The translations under genes and the position numbers were made by a program. Shown in pieces: positions 56,492 through 64,000 of a stretch of DNA of 64,000 nt; within the stretch, counting starts at the first letter, position 1, and each line of letters begins with the position of its first letter. The DNA is taken from positions 1 through 64,000 of the IMG/VR virus record IMGVR_UViG_3300050821_018287; one strand, given 5' to 3'. Source of the stretch: a virus. The notes beneath the pieces are model-generated. The model saw nothing but the letters and a program-made list of their open reading frames with translations. It searched no databases and was not told the origin of the DNA.

Positions 56492-56856
56492 GGCGCGTAC
56501 CCCACTGCGCTCGCCTTGATCCGCGCGCGGAAGTCGTCGTCCGACTCCCCCGGCAACCGAGACATCCCGTACAGGATGCCCGCGACGTTGAGCGCGTCCC
56601 CGGTCGTCGTCGGGGACAGAATGTCGTCGTCCCCGTCCTTGAGCCGCGCCTCCGCGTCTTCGGCAAGGATCTGCCGGTCCACCTCCGCGCGAGCCTCTTC
56701 GGGCGTGGCGAAGGTCTCGCCTGTGTCCACCACCACCCAGTTGTCGCCGATCTGGAAGACCGCGCGGAGCGGCTTCGGATCGTCTTGCCGGCGCCACCCA
56801 CCCATCGCGAGTGACACCCACTTCCCGATCCGCTGTTGGTTGAAGAAGTACATCAC
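56488..56856 (-). CDS. array protein 6 (subfamily B) with a C-terminal baseplate-like motif
   Basis: FATPEEARAEVD; TGDALNVAG..YG..RLPGESDDDFRARI. Confidence 0.7.
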   Translation of the reverse strand: MMYFFNQQRIGKWVSLAMGGWRRQDDPKPLRAVFQIGDNWVVVDTGETFATPEEARAEVDRQILAEDAEARLKDGDDDILSPTTTGDALNVAGILYGMSRLPGESDDDFRARIKASAVGYAP

Positions 56857-57134
56857 ACGCCTCGCTGGAGAAGGATCCGCGCCATGTGGGCGCGCACGCT
56901 ATCCTCCAGGTACTTCTGCGCCGCCTGCATCGTCGAGAAGACCGACGAAACTTCGATGTCCGGCTTCGCGTCCTCACCGACGAACACGTGAGCCACGTAC
57001 GTCCCGACCTTCGCGATGTCGATCCGCCCGAAGCGCACCCCCACCGTCGAGGGTGGGATGTTGAAGAAGAGGAGGTAGCGCTGCGTGCCCCCCGAGCGAT
57101 CGTAGCGGTACTCCAACATGAACGGGTCATCCAT
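56853..57134 (-). CDS. array protein 5 (subfamily B)
   Basis: FSTMQAAQKYLEDSVRAHMARILL. Confidence 0.7.
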   Translation of the reverse strand: MDDPFMLEYRYDRSGGTQRYLLFFNIPPSTVGVRFGRIDIAKVGTYVAHVFVGEDAKPDIEVSSVFSTMQAAQKYLEDSVRAHMARILLQRGV

Positions 57135-57474
57135 CCTCGGGCCCCTTCATTTTGCGAAGCGCCGCCTCGGCCATCCTCGCCAGCTTCTCCTTCTCCACCT
57201 CCTCCTTCGCCTTGTCGAGGCTCTGGAAGTAGCCGATGCGACACTCGGCGCTGAGGGCTCCCTGGAACACGAAGCCCGCCCAGCCGAAGGAGGCGATGCT
57301 GCTCATGTGGTGCGCGCGGAAGCAGGAAGGGTAGACCACCCCGTCGTAGGCGGGACGACCGCCCAACCCGAGCGTCGCCCGGTGCATCTCCCCTGTGCGG
57401 GCCACTCCGAGGCGGTCCACCAGCTTCTCCTGCATGTTGTAGGCTGCCGACTCCCAGTTGAAGGTCACGGCCAC
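57127..57474 (-). CDS. array protein 4 (subfamily B)
   Basis: FNW; FQSLDKAKEEVEKEKLARMAEAAL. Confidence 0.7.
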   Translation of the reverse strand: MAVTFNWESAAYNMQEKLVDRLGVARTGEMHRATLGLGGRPAYDGVVYPSCFRAHHMSSIASFGWAGFVFQGALSAECRIGYFQSLDKAKEEVEKEKLARMAEAALRKMKGPEDG

Positions 57475-57857
57475 ACCAGCGGACCGTTCAGATTCTCCCC
57501 CAACGCCGCTCGCGCGAGCCGGGAGAGGACTTCCGCCTCAGCCGCATCCTGCGCGATTTTGGAGGTGCTGTAGCCGGAGCCGATGATCTGGAGGTCCCCG
57601 ATGTTGACCCCGTGGAGTCTCTGGATCCACTCCCCGTCGTCGTTCTTGTAGGAGTCGAAGCGCTCTCCCGCGCCCCAAAGCCCGAACGCCGCCCAATACC
57701 CGCCACCCTGCTCTGCGATGACCGCGAGCCCCCGCCAAAGCGCCCGATGCTTTTCGTCCTCTGGGCGCTCCTGCCCACCGATGAAAACGAAGCCGCCCGA
57801 AAGCCCGTAGTGCTCCGGCGAGCCGTACAACCGCGTTTCGAGCCATTCGAGCGCCAT
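57465..57857 (-). CDS. array protein 3 (subfamily B)
   Basis: LEW; YSTSKIAQDAAEAEVLSRLARAAL. Confidence 0.7.
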   Translation of the reverse strand: MALEWLETRLYGSPEHYGLSGGFVFIGGQERPEDEKHRALWRGLAVIAEQGGGYWAAFGLWGAGERFDSYKNDDGEWIQRLHGVNIGDLQIIGSGYSTSKIAQDAAEAEVLSRLARAALGENLNGPLVWP

Positions 57858-58150
57858 CAGTCCACCGATGGATCCCCAAGCCGCCACCGCGCGCTCATGA
57901 TGGCGTCCTCCCGCTCCCGCTCCTTCGTTTCCTCCTCCACCCAATCCATTGCCGCTTCGACTGTGGTGAAGAGGCGCCGAGACGGCTCCCGACGCAAAGA
58001 AGGGTGCAGCCGGCCCTCGAAGCGCGGCATGCGCAGAAGCGACTTCGGATCCGAAACAGGCCAGACCGAGCCGACCGAGCCCGAGTATTGCACCGTCTCC
58101 GAAGCGACGAGGTAGCGCGCCTCCGGGTTGATCTGCCACTCCAGCTTCAT
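57857..58150 (-). CDS. array protein 2 (subfamily B)
   Basis: LEW; FTTVEAAMDWVE...MSARWRL. Confidence 0.7.
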   Translation of the reverse strand: MKLEWQINPEARYLVASETVQYSGSVGSVWPVSDPKSLLRMPRFEGRLHPSLRREPSRRLFTTVEAAMDWVEEETKEREREDAIMSARWRLGDPSVD

Positions 58151-58419
58151 GTTGGTGCCCCCAAGCGATCCCTCGCGTCCTCTGCCTTGATGACCAGCTC
58201 CGCCTCCGCCCGCGCCTCTTCGATCGTCTCGTACTCCTCGTCGAACATCCTCACCCGCCGAAGCCGGCCGCTGAGACAAAGCTTCCACTTCCCCTCCTGC
58301 GTCTTGAAGAAAGCGACGTTGAGGTCATGCCCGTTAACCTGCACTGGCCGGTCCGTCGGAAGGTACCAGCCCTGAAAGTACAACTCATCCTCCCCGAGGT
58401 AGACGAGCCCCGACGACAC
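58147..58419 (-). CDS. array protein 1 (subfamily B)
   Basis: YETIEEARAEAELVIKAEDARDRL. Confidence 0.7.
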   Translation of the reverse strand: MSSGLVYLGEDELYFQGWYLPTDRPVQVNGHDLNVAFFKTQEGKWKLCLSGRLRRVRMFDEEYETIEEARAEAELVIKAEDARDRLGAPT

Positions 58420-58437
58420 AAGGGAGCCTTGTTCGGG

Positions 58438-58971
58438 CTAGGGGGAAACGCCCCGCCAGATGACGTGGACGTTGGGGAAGGTGGCACAGTCGCGACCCAC
58501 CCCCAACGGGTTCCCCGGCGCCCCATGTGTAACGCGCCCCTTCAGGAATCGGAGCTGAGGCCCTCCGGCCAGCTCCCGGTAGGGCTCGATGTACTTGTGC
58601 CACCAGGCGCGATCCGTCCAGGAGGGGAGGTGCGCGACGACGAGCTTGCACCCGAGGCTCAGCTCGCGCATCGCCTTCTCCAACCACTCGCCGATGTTGG
58701 AGTAGGGCGGGTTGAGGAAAACGCGGTGGCCAACCCACGACTGGACGAGCCCGTTGTCCGCCTCTCCGTACCACCGTCCGATGAGCTGCGCACTGAAGCA
58801 CTCCGCCGAGGCGCACGGGTCCAACGTGAAGCGAAACTCGTCGTGGAGGGGAATGAGCACCTCGCGCGGAGTGAATTGGTAGTCGAGATCCGTCACCAAC
58901 GGGATCGCCGGCTCCAGGAGCGAGAGCTGCTCCCCCTTCAGGATCGGGCCAGGGTTTGCTGTGTCACCCAC
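58438..58971 (-). CDS. phage DNA N6-adenine methyltransferase
   Basis: TP...F.FTLDPCA, NGL..SW..VFLNPPYS, LP.WTD..WW, RFLKGR. Confidence 0.92.
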   Translation of the reverse strand: MGDTANPGPILKGEQLSLLEPAIPLVTDLDYQFTPREVLIPLHDEFRFTLDPCASAECFSAQLIGRWYGEADNGLVQSWVGHRVFLNPPYSNIGEWLEKAMRELSLGCKLVVAHLPSWTDRAWWHKYIEPYRELAGGPQLRFLKGRVTHGAPGNPLGVGRDCATFPNVHVIWRGVSP

Positions 58972-59168
58972 GCGACTGCCTCCTCAACAACGTCCTTCCG
59001 GTAGAGGATCTCCCTCGTCCCGTCATTCCCCCGGCGCGTCATCCTCATCGCCGACAGCTCCTCCGGGCTCATCCACGACTGCCGATACAACGCCGCTCGC
59101 AACGAGAAGACGCTGACCTCGTACACCGCCGCTGCAACCGCCAGCGTCATCCACTCGATTTCAGCCAT
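58938..59168 (-). CDS. small HTH / excisionase-like DNA-binding protein
   Basis: WMTLAVAAAVYEVSVFSLR...ILYRKDVV. Confidence 0.55.
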   Translation of the reverse strand: MAEIEWMTLAVAAAVYEVSVFSLRAALYRQSWMSPEELSAMRMTRRGNDGTREILYRKDVVEEAVAWVTQQTLARS

Positions 59169-59689
59169 GGCCTGACGATCGCCAAGAGGTCTTCCGGACT
59201 TTGGCCCGCGTTCAGCTCCAGCCGCCTCTCGAAAGTCTCGGCGAAGCGCGCGGATTTCGTCTTGCGGCCCTTCACCCAGGACGGATTCTGATTGCTGCCC
59301 CGACGCAACCGGCGCCGGTGCACCTCCTCCTCGTCCGCGAAAAGGAGTACGCACCTCAAGACCGTCGGTGGGCAGCTCAGCAGAACGTTGCGATTGTCGA
59401 AGTAGCGGACCACCTTCGCGTTGGAGAAGCGATCCCCGTCGAAGATGGTGAGCGTGCAACGCTGCGCGAGAAACTCCGACCAGAAGTCCAGCGCCTTCCC
59501 GACTCCGTTGTAGGGTACGGTGTCCGCGCCGTCGAAAGTCGCGCCCGTGTAATGGCCTCCGGCACAGACCGTAGGACCCACCGTCCACTTCGGCTTAGAG
59601 ACGATCGTCGAGTTGGACTCCAGGAGTCCCTTCACCAGCGTCGTCTTCCCCACGCCCGGCTCACCCACCACCCAGAGGATCTGGTTCAC
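59147..59689 (-). CDS. P-loop kinase (5-hydroxymethyluracil DNA kinase-like)
   Basis: GEPGVGKTT Walker A, GHY....FDGADT, FDGDRF, RR..RGSNQ..SWVKGR.TK. Confidence 0.8.
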   Translation of the reverse strand: MNQILWVVGEPGVGKTTLVKGLLESNSTIVSKPKWTVGPTVCAGGHYTGATFDGADTVPYNGVGKALDFWSEFLAQRCTLTIFDGDRFSNAKVVRYFDNRNVLLSCPPTVLRCVLLFADEEEVHRRRLRRGSNQNPSWVKGRKTKSARFAETFERRLELNAGQSPEDLLAIVRPWLKSSG

Positions 59690-60111
59690 GGTTGCCTCCG
59701 CCGGGAGTCGAAGCCCTGTTTGAAAGGAGACTTTCTACGTTCGTCCGGACCCGCCTTGAACGCTCCCGGCGACGCCTGCCGGCCACGATTTGCCGCCGAG
59801 ATCTTAGCCCGCGCCTCTGGTGAATGCTTTCGCCCGCGCTGCGCTGTGCTCATCCGCAGCCGCGTCTCCGGTCGAATGACCTTCCCCCGATGGTGGTGAC
59901 TCTGGTGGCAAGACCGGTGGCACAAAGCCCAATTGTTCGGCGTGTCGTTGTCGTGGTTGTGGTCCTTGTGGTGAACGACGGGCTCCAACGGATCGCGAAA
60001 GGGCGGGCCTACCTCCACGACTCCGCCGCAAAAGAAACAGACCCAAGGACCGAAGCCCATCGTTCGAAAGAACAGCCACCAACCCGAGAACGTATGCCGC
60101 TTACCGGACAA
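59686..60111 (-). CDS. HNH homing endonuclease with NUMOD3 repeats
   Basis: VHHKDHNHDNDTPNNWALCHRSCH; GRKHSPEARAKIS. Confidence 0.85.
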   Translation of the reverse strand: MSGKRHTFSGWWLFFRTMGFGPWVCFFCGGVVEVGPPFRDPLEPVVHHKDHNHDNDTPNNWALCHRSCHQSHHHRGKVIRPETRLRMSTAQRGRKHSPEARAKISAANRGRQASPGAFKAGPDERRKSPFKQGFDSRRRQP

Positions 60112-61030
60112 GGAGGGCTCCTTTGTCTCGGTAGACCTTGAGACGCTCAGAATCGACCCCTGACCAACCACCCAGCTCTCCGAGATAGTCCACAGGAAAC
60201 GATTCGAGCCGAGCCTGCTGCATACGGTCGCCACACTCAGCGACGTGGCTCATTTGGAGATCGATGTCCGTCCCGGAATAGTAATGCCCGCGACAGAGAG
60301 AGTTGAAGTCGCAAAGCGCGGTCTCGAATTGGTCGAGCCCGGAGAAGAGAACCGCCTTCAGCGCCTCAGCGTAAGCTTGCTTCTGGATGTCAGGATTCGC
60401 AAGACACTCCTGGATGGAAAGCCCGCACACCCGCGCGAGCCCCGCGTAAGGCCCCGTCTCCTCCCCACCGCGCGGTTCCCCAATGTCCGGAGCGACGATG
60501 AGCGCGCCGTGAACGTTTTTAAGAAGGTCCGACCACTTGTAGCTAGCCCAGCCCCCGTTGCCCGGGATCTGCTGAAAAGCGAAGCGCGCTCGGTCCCAAC
60601 CCTGAGTGCTCGAAACGCTGTCGCAACAAGCCTCCACCCACCGATCGAATTGTCCGCCTCGGGTGAAGTGGAAGGCGTAGTTGATGTGGAGGCGCGCCTT
60701 GTCGTTGCCGCGGAAGCCGCGCCGCTCCACTCCCGTCGGGAGACCCAAAAGTGGCTCGTGGATCTCCGTCGGCTCCGGATACTTCGTCCAAACGATCTCC
60801 GCCGAACGGAGGTTGTAGAAGGTGACGTAGAGGAACGTCCTCCACAGCGCGGTGTTCAGCGGAAGCTTCTCCAGTTCGTAGAGCCGGCGCAGCACCGGAT
60901 ACGTCGGGTCCAAGTCGCCTGACCAGAGCTGCGTCTTGGAGAAAGTGCAGAAGTCGACCCACAAATGCTCACGCGTGATCGCTCGCTCGCCGAAGAAGAC
61001 AAACTGCTTCCCCTTGTCGGCCATCGGCAT
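60101..61030 (-). CDS. amino acid:DNA transferase (aGPT-Pplase / HhH-glycosylase-like)
   Basis: DLDPTY, Y..FYN, ERRGFRG, IPGNGGWASYKWSDLL (HhH), ETALCDF, GHYYSGTDID. Confidence 0.8.
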   Translation of the reverse strand: MPMADKGKQFVFFGERAITREHLWVDFCTFSKTQLWSGDLDPTYPVLRRLYELEKLPLNTALWRTFLYVTFYNLRSAEIVWTKYPEPTEIHEPLLGLPTGVERRGFRGNDKARLHINYAFHFTRGGQFDRWVEACCDSVSSTQGWDRARFAFQQIPGNGGWASYKWSDLLKNVHGALIVAPDIGEPRGGEETGPYAGLARVCGLSIQECLANPDIQKQAYAEALKAVLFSGLDQFETALCDFNSLCRGHYYSGTDIDLQMSHVAECGDRMQQARLESFPVDYLGELGGWSGVDSERLKVYRDKGALLVR

Positions 61031-61842
61031 CACGGCTTCTTGCCTCGCTTCTCGGAGCGGATCGTACCCAGTCTCCGCGCCCGGTCCAACTCCTCGGCCG
61101 GCGACTGGCAATGGCACATCCCCCGAAGCGAGTAGAAAACGACGGTGTAACGGTAGGAGCGCGGGGAGAGACTCCGGATGGGTGTCACCCCGTGGAGGAG
61201 GGAAGACCCGTCGAAGAGGATGAGCGAGCCGGGAATGAACTTGAAACCAATGCCGAGCTGAGGCACCGCGAGGTGCCCGCCGTCAATGTCCTTCGTGAAG
61301 GCAAACATCGCACTCCAGAAGCCCGGGAAGTTGCCCGCGTCGCGGTGGTAATAGAGCTGGTTGTTCCAGTTTGCGATCCCCGAGGTGTAGATGCTCCCCG
61401 GTAGCACCCACCCCGGCTGCACCTTCTCCCAAATGAGCTGGGCCTGCGCCACGTACTGCTCCGGCACCTCCTTCTCAAAGTACCGGGAGGCGAGCGACGC
61501 GAGAGAGCAGATCTTCGCATGCGCCTCCGGGTTCTCCATCGCCACCACCGAGCAATAGCAGTAGTCCTGGCGCAGAGGATTGCGGGGCATGAAGCCCACG
61601 GTCCTGTCCTGGTGTCGCAGACCCGACGTCCGGTAGGCGCGGTGGTAGCGAAGCGCTTGAAACGCCTCCACCATCCCCGAAAGGTTTTCTTCCGGCTGGA
61701 GGTAGGCGATGCGGAGGGTGTTCTCCTCGTAGATGAGGGTGGGCTTGTCGATGAGCACCGCGAAGTCTTGCTCATGCGCGGGGACCTTCCGCGCGAGCGC
61801 CTTCACGTCGACTTCAATTCGCTGGAGTCGTACGTGTTGCAT
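61030..61842 (-). CDS. 2-oxoglutarate/Fe(II) dioxygenase, TET/JBP-like
   Basis: TSGIAN.N..L.YHRDAGN (HxD), LHGVTPI (His), RYTVVFY (Arg). Confidence 0.88.
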   Translation of the reverse strand: MQHVRLQRIEVDVKALARKVPAHEQDFAVLIDKPTLIYEENTLRIAYLQPEENLSGMVEAFQALRYHRAYRTSGLRHQDRTVGFMPRNPLRQDYCYCSVVAMENPEAHAKICSLASLASRYFEKEVPEQYVAQAQLIWEKVQPGWVLPGSIYTSGIANWNNQLYYHRDAGNFPGFWSAMFAFTKDIDGGHLAVPQLGIGFKFIPGSLILFDGSSLLHGVTPIRSLSPRSYRYTVVFYSLRGMCHCQSPAEELDRARRLGTIRSEKRGKKP

Positions 61843-62473
61843 CGAACAAGTCCAGCAGCTTGAGGACGGCCTCGGTATGGCTCTGGACCCCATGGGCTTC
61901 CATCACCGCTTTCAGCCGCGCCAACGCCACGTCATAGGCCGCACCCTCGAAGTAGAGGACGACTTGCTTGATGTTGGCGGAGAGAAAACCCGGGAGAAGC
62001 TCCGCCGGAGTCGCCCCCACCTCCGTCTTCGGAGGCTCCACCGAGCGGAGGAGCGCGTCCACATCCGTCGGCTCGTAGCCAGTGCCAGCGAGGAGATCCC
62101 CCGTGTTGAGCCGGCCCAGCATCTCCGCCAGCGCCTTCTCGTCCCACCCGCCGACCTCGGTGAGCCGGTTGGAGGCGATGACATACGCTTCGGCCTCGGT
62201 GTCGTCCTTCGAAGCCCACCCGGTCAGGACTGGAACGAACCACCGGCCGTCCCTCACCTCCACCCCCGCTGGCACCTCACCCCGCTTCTTCAGCTCCAGA
62301 AGCGCCTCCCGCCGGCCGTGCCCCGCCACCATCCGCCCCGTCCGCTGGTCCACCACGATCGGCTCGGTAAAGCCGAAGCGGCGAATGGAAGCCTGGATGT
62401 CGGCCTGTGCGTGAGTCTTCGGGTTGCGCTCGGCCGTCTTGAGCGAATCCAAGTCTGTCGCGACGATCTTCAT
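61814..62473 (-). CDS. ParB/Srx-like nuclease-domain protein
   Basis: NPKTH, SIRRFGFTEPIVVD, AGHGR, IASNRL.E..GWD. Confidence 0.88.
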   Translation of the reverse strand: MKIVATDLDSLKTAERNPKTHAQADIQASIRRFGFTEPIVVDQRTGRMVAGHGRREALLELKKRGEVPAGVEVRDGRWFVPVLTGWASKDDTEAEAYVIASNRLTEVGGWDEKALAEMLGRLNTGDLLAGTGYEPTDVDALLRSVEPPKTEVGATPAELLPGFLSANIKQVVLYFEGAAYDVALARLKAVMEAHGVQSHTEAVLKLLDLFDATRTTPAN

Positions 62474-64000
62474 GCTGCCCCCTGAAGTTGTCCGCCTTCA
62501 ATCCTCCACTTCACAGTGGGCCCGAGCTGGAGGCGGCCGGCAATGTAGTCGGAGTGGGTGATGACTACCACCGCCCGCTCCTTTGCGAGGTCCACCAGGA
62601 CCGCCGCCAGAGCGTCCTGCCCGTCCACGTAGAGCGAGTCAAACACCTCGTCGAAGAAGAGGGTGCCAGCGCCCAGGCCACCGGAGAGTGCGCCGAGAGC
62701 GAAGAGGAGCGCCACATCAATCCGCCGCCGCTCCCCCGCTGACGCGCCACGGTAGCCCTCCCCGCCGCCAGCACCCTCCACCTCCAAACTGATTGCATCC
62801 GTCACCCCACCCGTCTTCTTCTCGGTGTAGGACTTGAGGCGGACCGAGAGCGCCGGGACGGGGCCCGCCGCCGTGACGCGCGGGGCACCGGAGATCCGCG
62901 CGAGCCAGCCGTTGGCCGCCGCCTCGACTGCGCCGAGCGCCCTCCCGAGGATGTGTGCGCGCACCCCCTTCGTCCCCAAGACAACCTCCACCGCCCCCAA
63001 CTCCTGCAACGTCTTCTCCAGAGTACCCGCCTCGGTGTCCGCGTCAGCAAATTGCTGCTTTGTCTTTTTCAGATCCGCTTCGGCCTGGGCCAGAGCCCGG
63101 TACGCGCGGTCCAGCTCACCCTTCCGGCGAGCGTGCGCAGCCACCCCCGCCTCCGCGGAACGAATCCGCTCACGCAACTTCGCATGGCGCTCGTTGAGCG
63201 CGGCGAGAATCCCGTCCAGCTCCTTGAGCTGTTCGTCGATCTCCAGGACAGCCTCGACGCTCTTGGCCTGGGTCGCCTCAGCCTCCTTCTTCAGCTTCCC
63301 GATCGCCTGGACCAGATTCCCCCTGAGTTTCGCGGGAATCTCCTGCCCGCAGGCGGAACACGTGCCTGTGTCCCCAAGCTTCTGGAGCTGACGCTTGAGC
63401 GCGTCCATGTTGGCCTGAACGCCGCCGTCCGAGCTGCGCAGGTTCATCGCCTTCGAGTACTCCGCGCGCCGGCTCGCCTCCGTTTTGTCGATGGCCTTCT
63501 TCACCTCCGTCGCCTGCGTCTGAAGCGCGAGAGGAGATTCCGTCTCCTCATCCCCGAAACTAAGCGGCGGAACCGAGGCCCCGGTGACCGTCTCCGTGCA
63601 CTGAAGCACCGACCGCGCCGCACCCTTCACCCGCTCGTCGAGGATTGCGGCCTGACGCCGGCACTCGTCCCACTGTCGCGTCGCCGCCTTCAGATCTGTC
63701 CTACACTTCTCCAAGGCCACATCGAAGCGCCCGAGCTGGAGGAGCCCCTCCAGAAAACGCTTCCGCTCCGAGTCGGTGGCCTCAGTGAAGCGTGCCGCAT
63801 CCGACGAGCTGAACACGTGCCTCCAGCGCCAAGTCTCGAAGGAGCCGATCCGCTCCTCCAGGGCTTCCTGCGCCTTGGAGTTGGTTTCGTACTCCGCCGA
63901 GGGCCCGTCATTCGTCGACCAGTCCAGCGCGGATCTCCCGCCCGCAGTCCTCGTCCGCGTCACCCCCAACCCCTCCGCGAGGAGCCGGAGCATTCCCGCC
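62470..64000 (-). CDS. sbcC: SbcC/Rad50-like ATPase (5' end lies beyond the window)
   Basis: Coiled coil; CSAC zinc hook; signature SAGE; Walker B FFDEVFDSL; ITH. Confidence 0.9.
   Translation of the reverse strand, partial: AGMLRLLAEGLGVTRTRTAGGRSALDWSTNDGPSAEYETNSKAQEALEERIGSFETWRWRHVFSSSDAARFTEATDSERKRFLEGLLQLGRFDVALEKCRTDLKAATRQWDECRRQAAILDERVKGAARSVLQCTETVTGASVPPLSFGDEETESPLALQTQATEVKKAIDKTEASRRAEYSKAMNLRSSDGGVQANMDALKRQLQKLGDTGTCSACGQEIPAKLRGNLVQAIGKLKKEAEATQAKSVEAVLEIDEQLKELDGILAALNERHAKLRERIRSAEAGVAAHARRKGELDRAYRALAQAEADLKKTKQQFADADTEAGTLEKTLQELGAVEVVLGTKGVRAHILGRALGAVEAAANGWLARISGAPRVTAAGPVPALSVRLKSYTEKKTGGVTDAISLEVEGAGGGEGYRGASAGERRRIDVALLFALGALSGGLGAGTLFFDEVFDSLYVDGQDALAAVLVDLAKERAVVVITHSDYIAGRLQLGPTVKWRIEGGQLQGAA

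Noticed and set aside
1-64000. CRISPR array, diversity-generating retroelement, retron, integrase or IS element
   Set aside because: No spaced direct repeats, reverse transcriptase, recombinase or transposase were recognised in this window; they could lie outside it

Overview
High-GC 64-kb segment of a tailed phage with a contractile tail (myovirus type). The Asp-Ala-Gly-rich, Cys-rich lipoproteins suggest a Myxococcota-like host (inference). Bases 1-2.7 kb are + strand genes: HNH-AP2 nuclease, resolvase-like protein, a Cys-rich lipoprotein and three Zn-finger paralogues. Everything from 2.8 kb onward is on the - strand. In transcription order from right to left: SbcC/Rad50 ATPase; a DNA-modification cluster (ParB-like, TET/JBP-like dioxygenase, amino acid:DNA transferase-like, HNH, P-loop kinase, N6A-methyltransferase); a 15-gene array of small related ORFs; terminase; portal; an accessory block (exported proteins, HNHs, HAD, HiPIP-like, gpF, Pth2-like, Tyr phosphatase); scaffold and capsid; neck; sheath; an initiator tRNA; tube; a frameshifted chaperone; tape measure; baseplate; fibres; and a lysis region with a papain-like protease. 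Best leads: (1) a ~0.4-0.5 kb highly structured non-coding element behind the capsid gene that folds best on the antisense strand; (2) a TET/JBP + kinase + transferase base-hypermodification pathway; (3) the 15-gene paralogue array with a shared C-terminal helix; (4) a holin-like/beta-barrel polyprotein with two apparent signal peptides; (5) an unusually large exported-protein set. No integrase, CRISPR array or reverse transcriptase was seen. All calls come from reading motifs by eye; no database searches were run.
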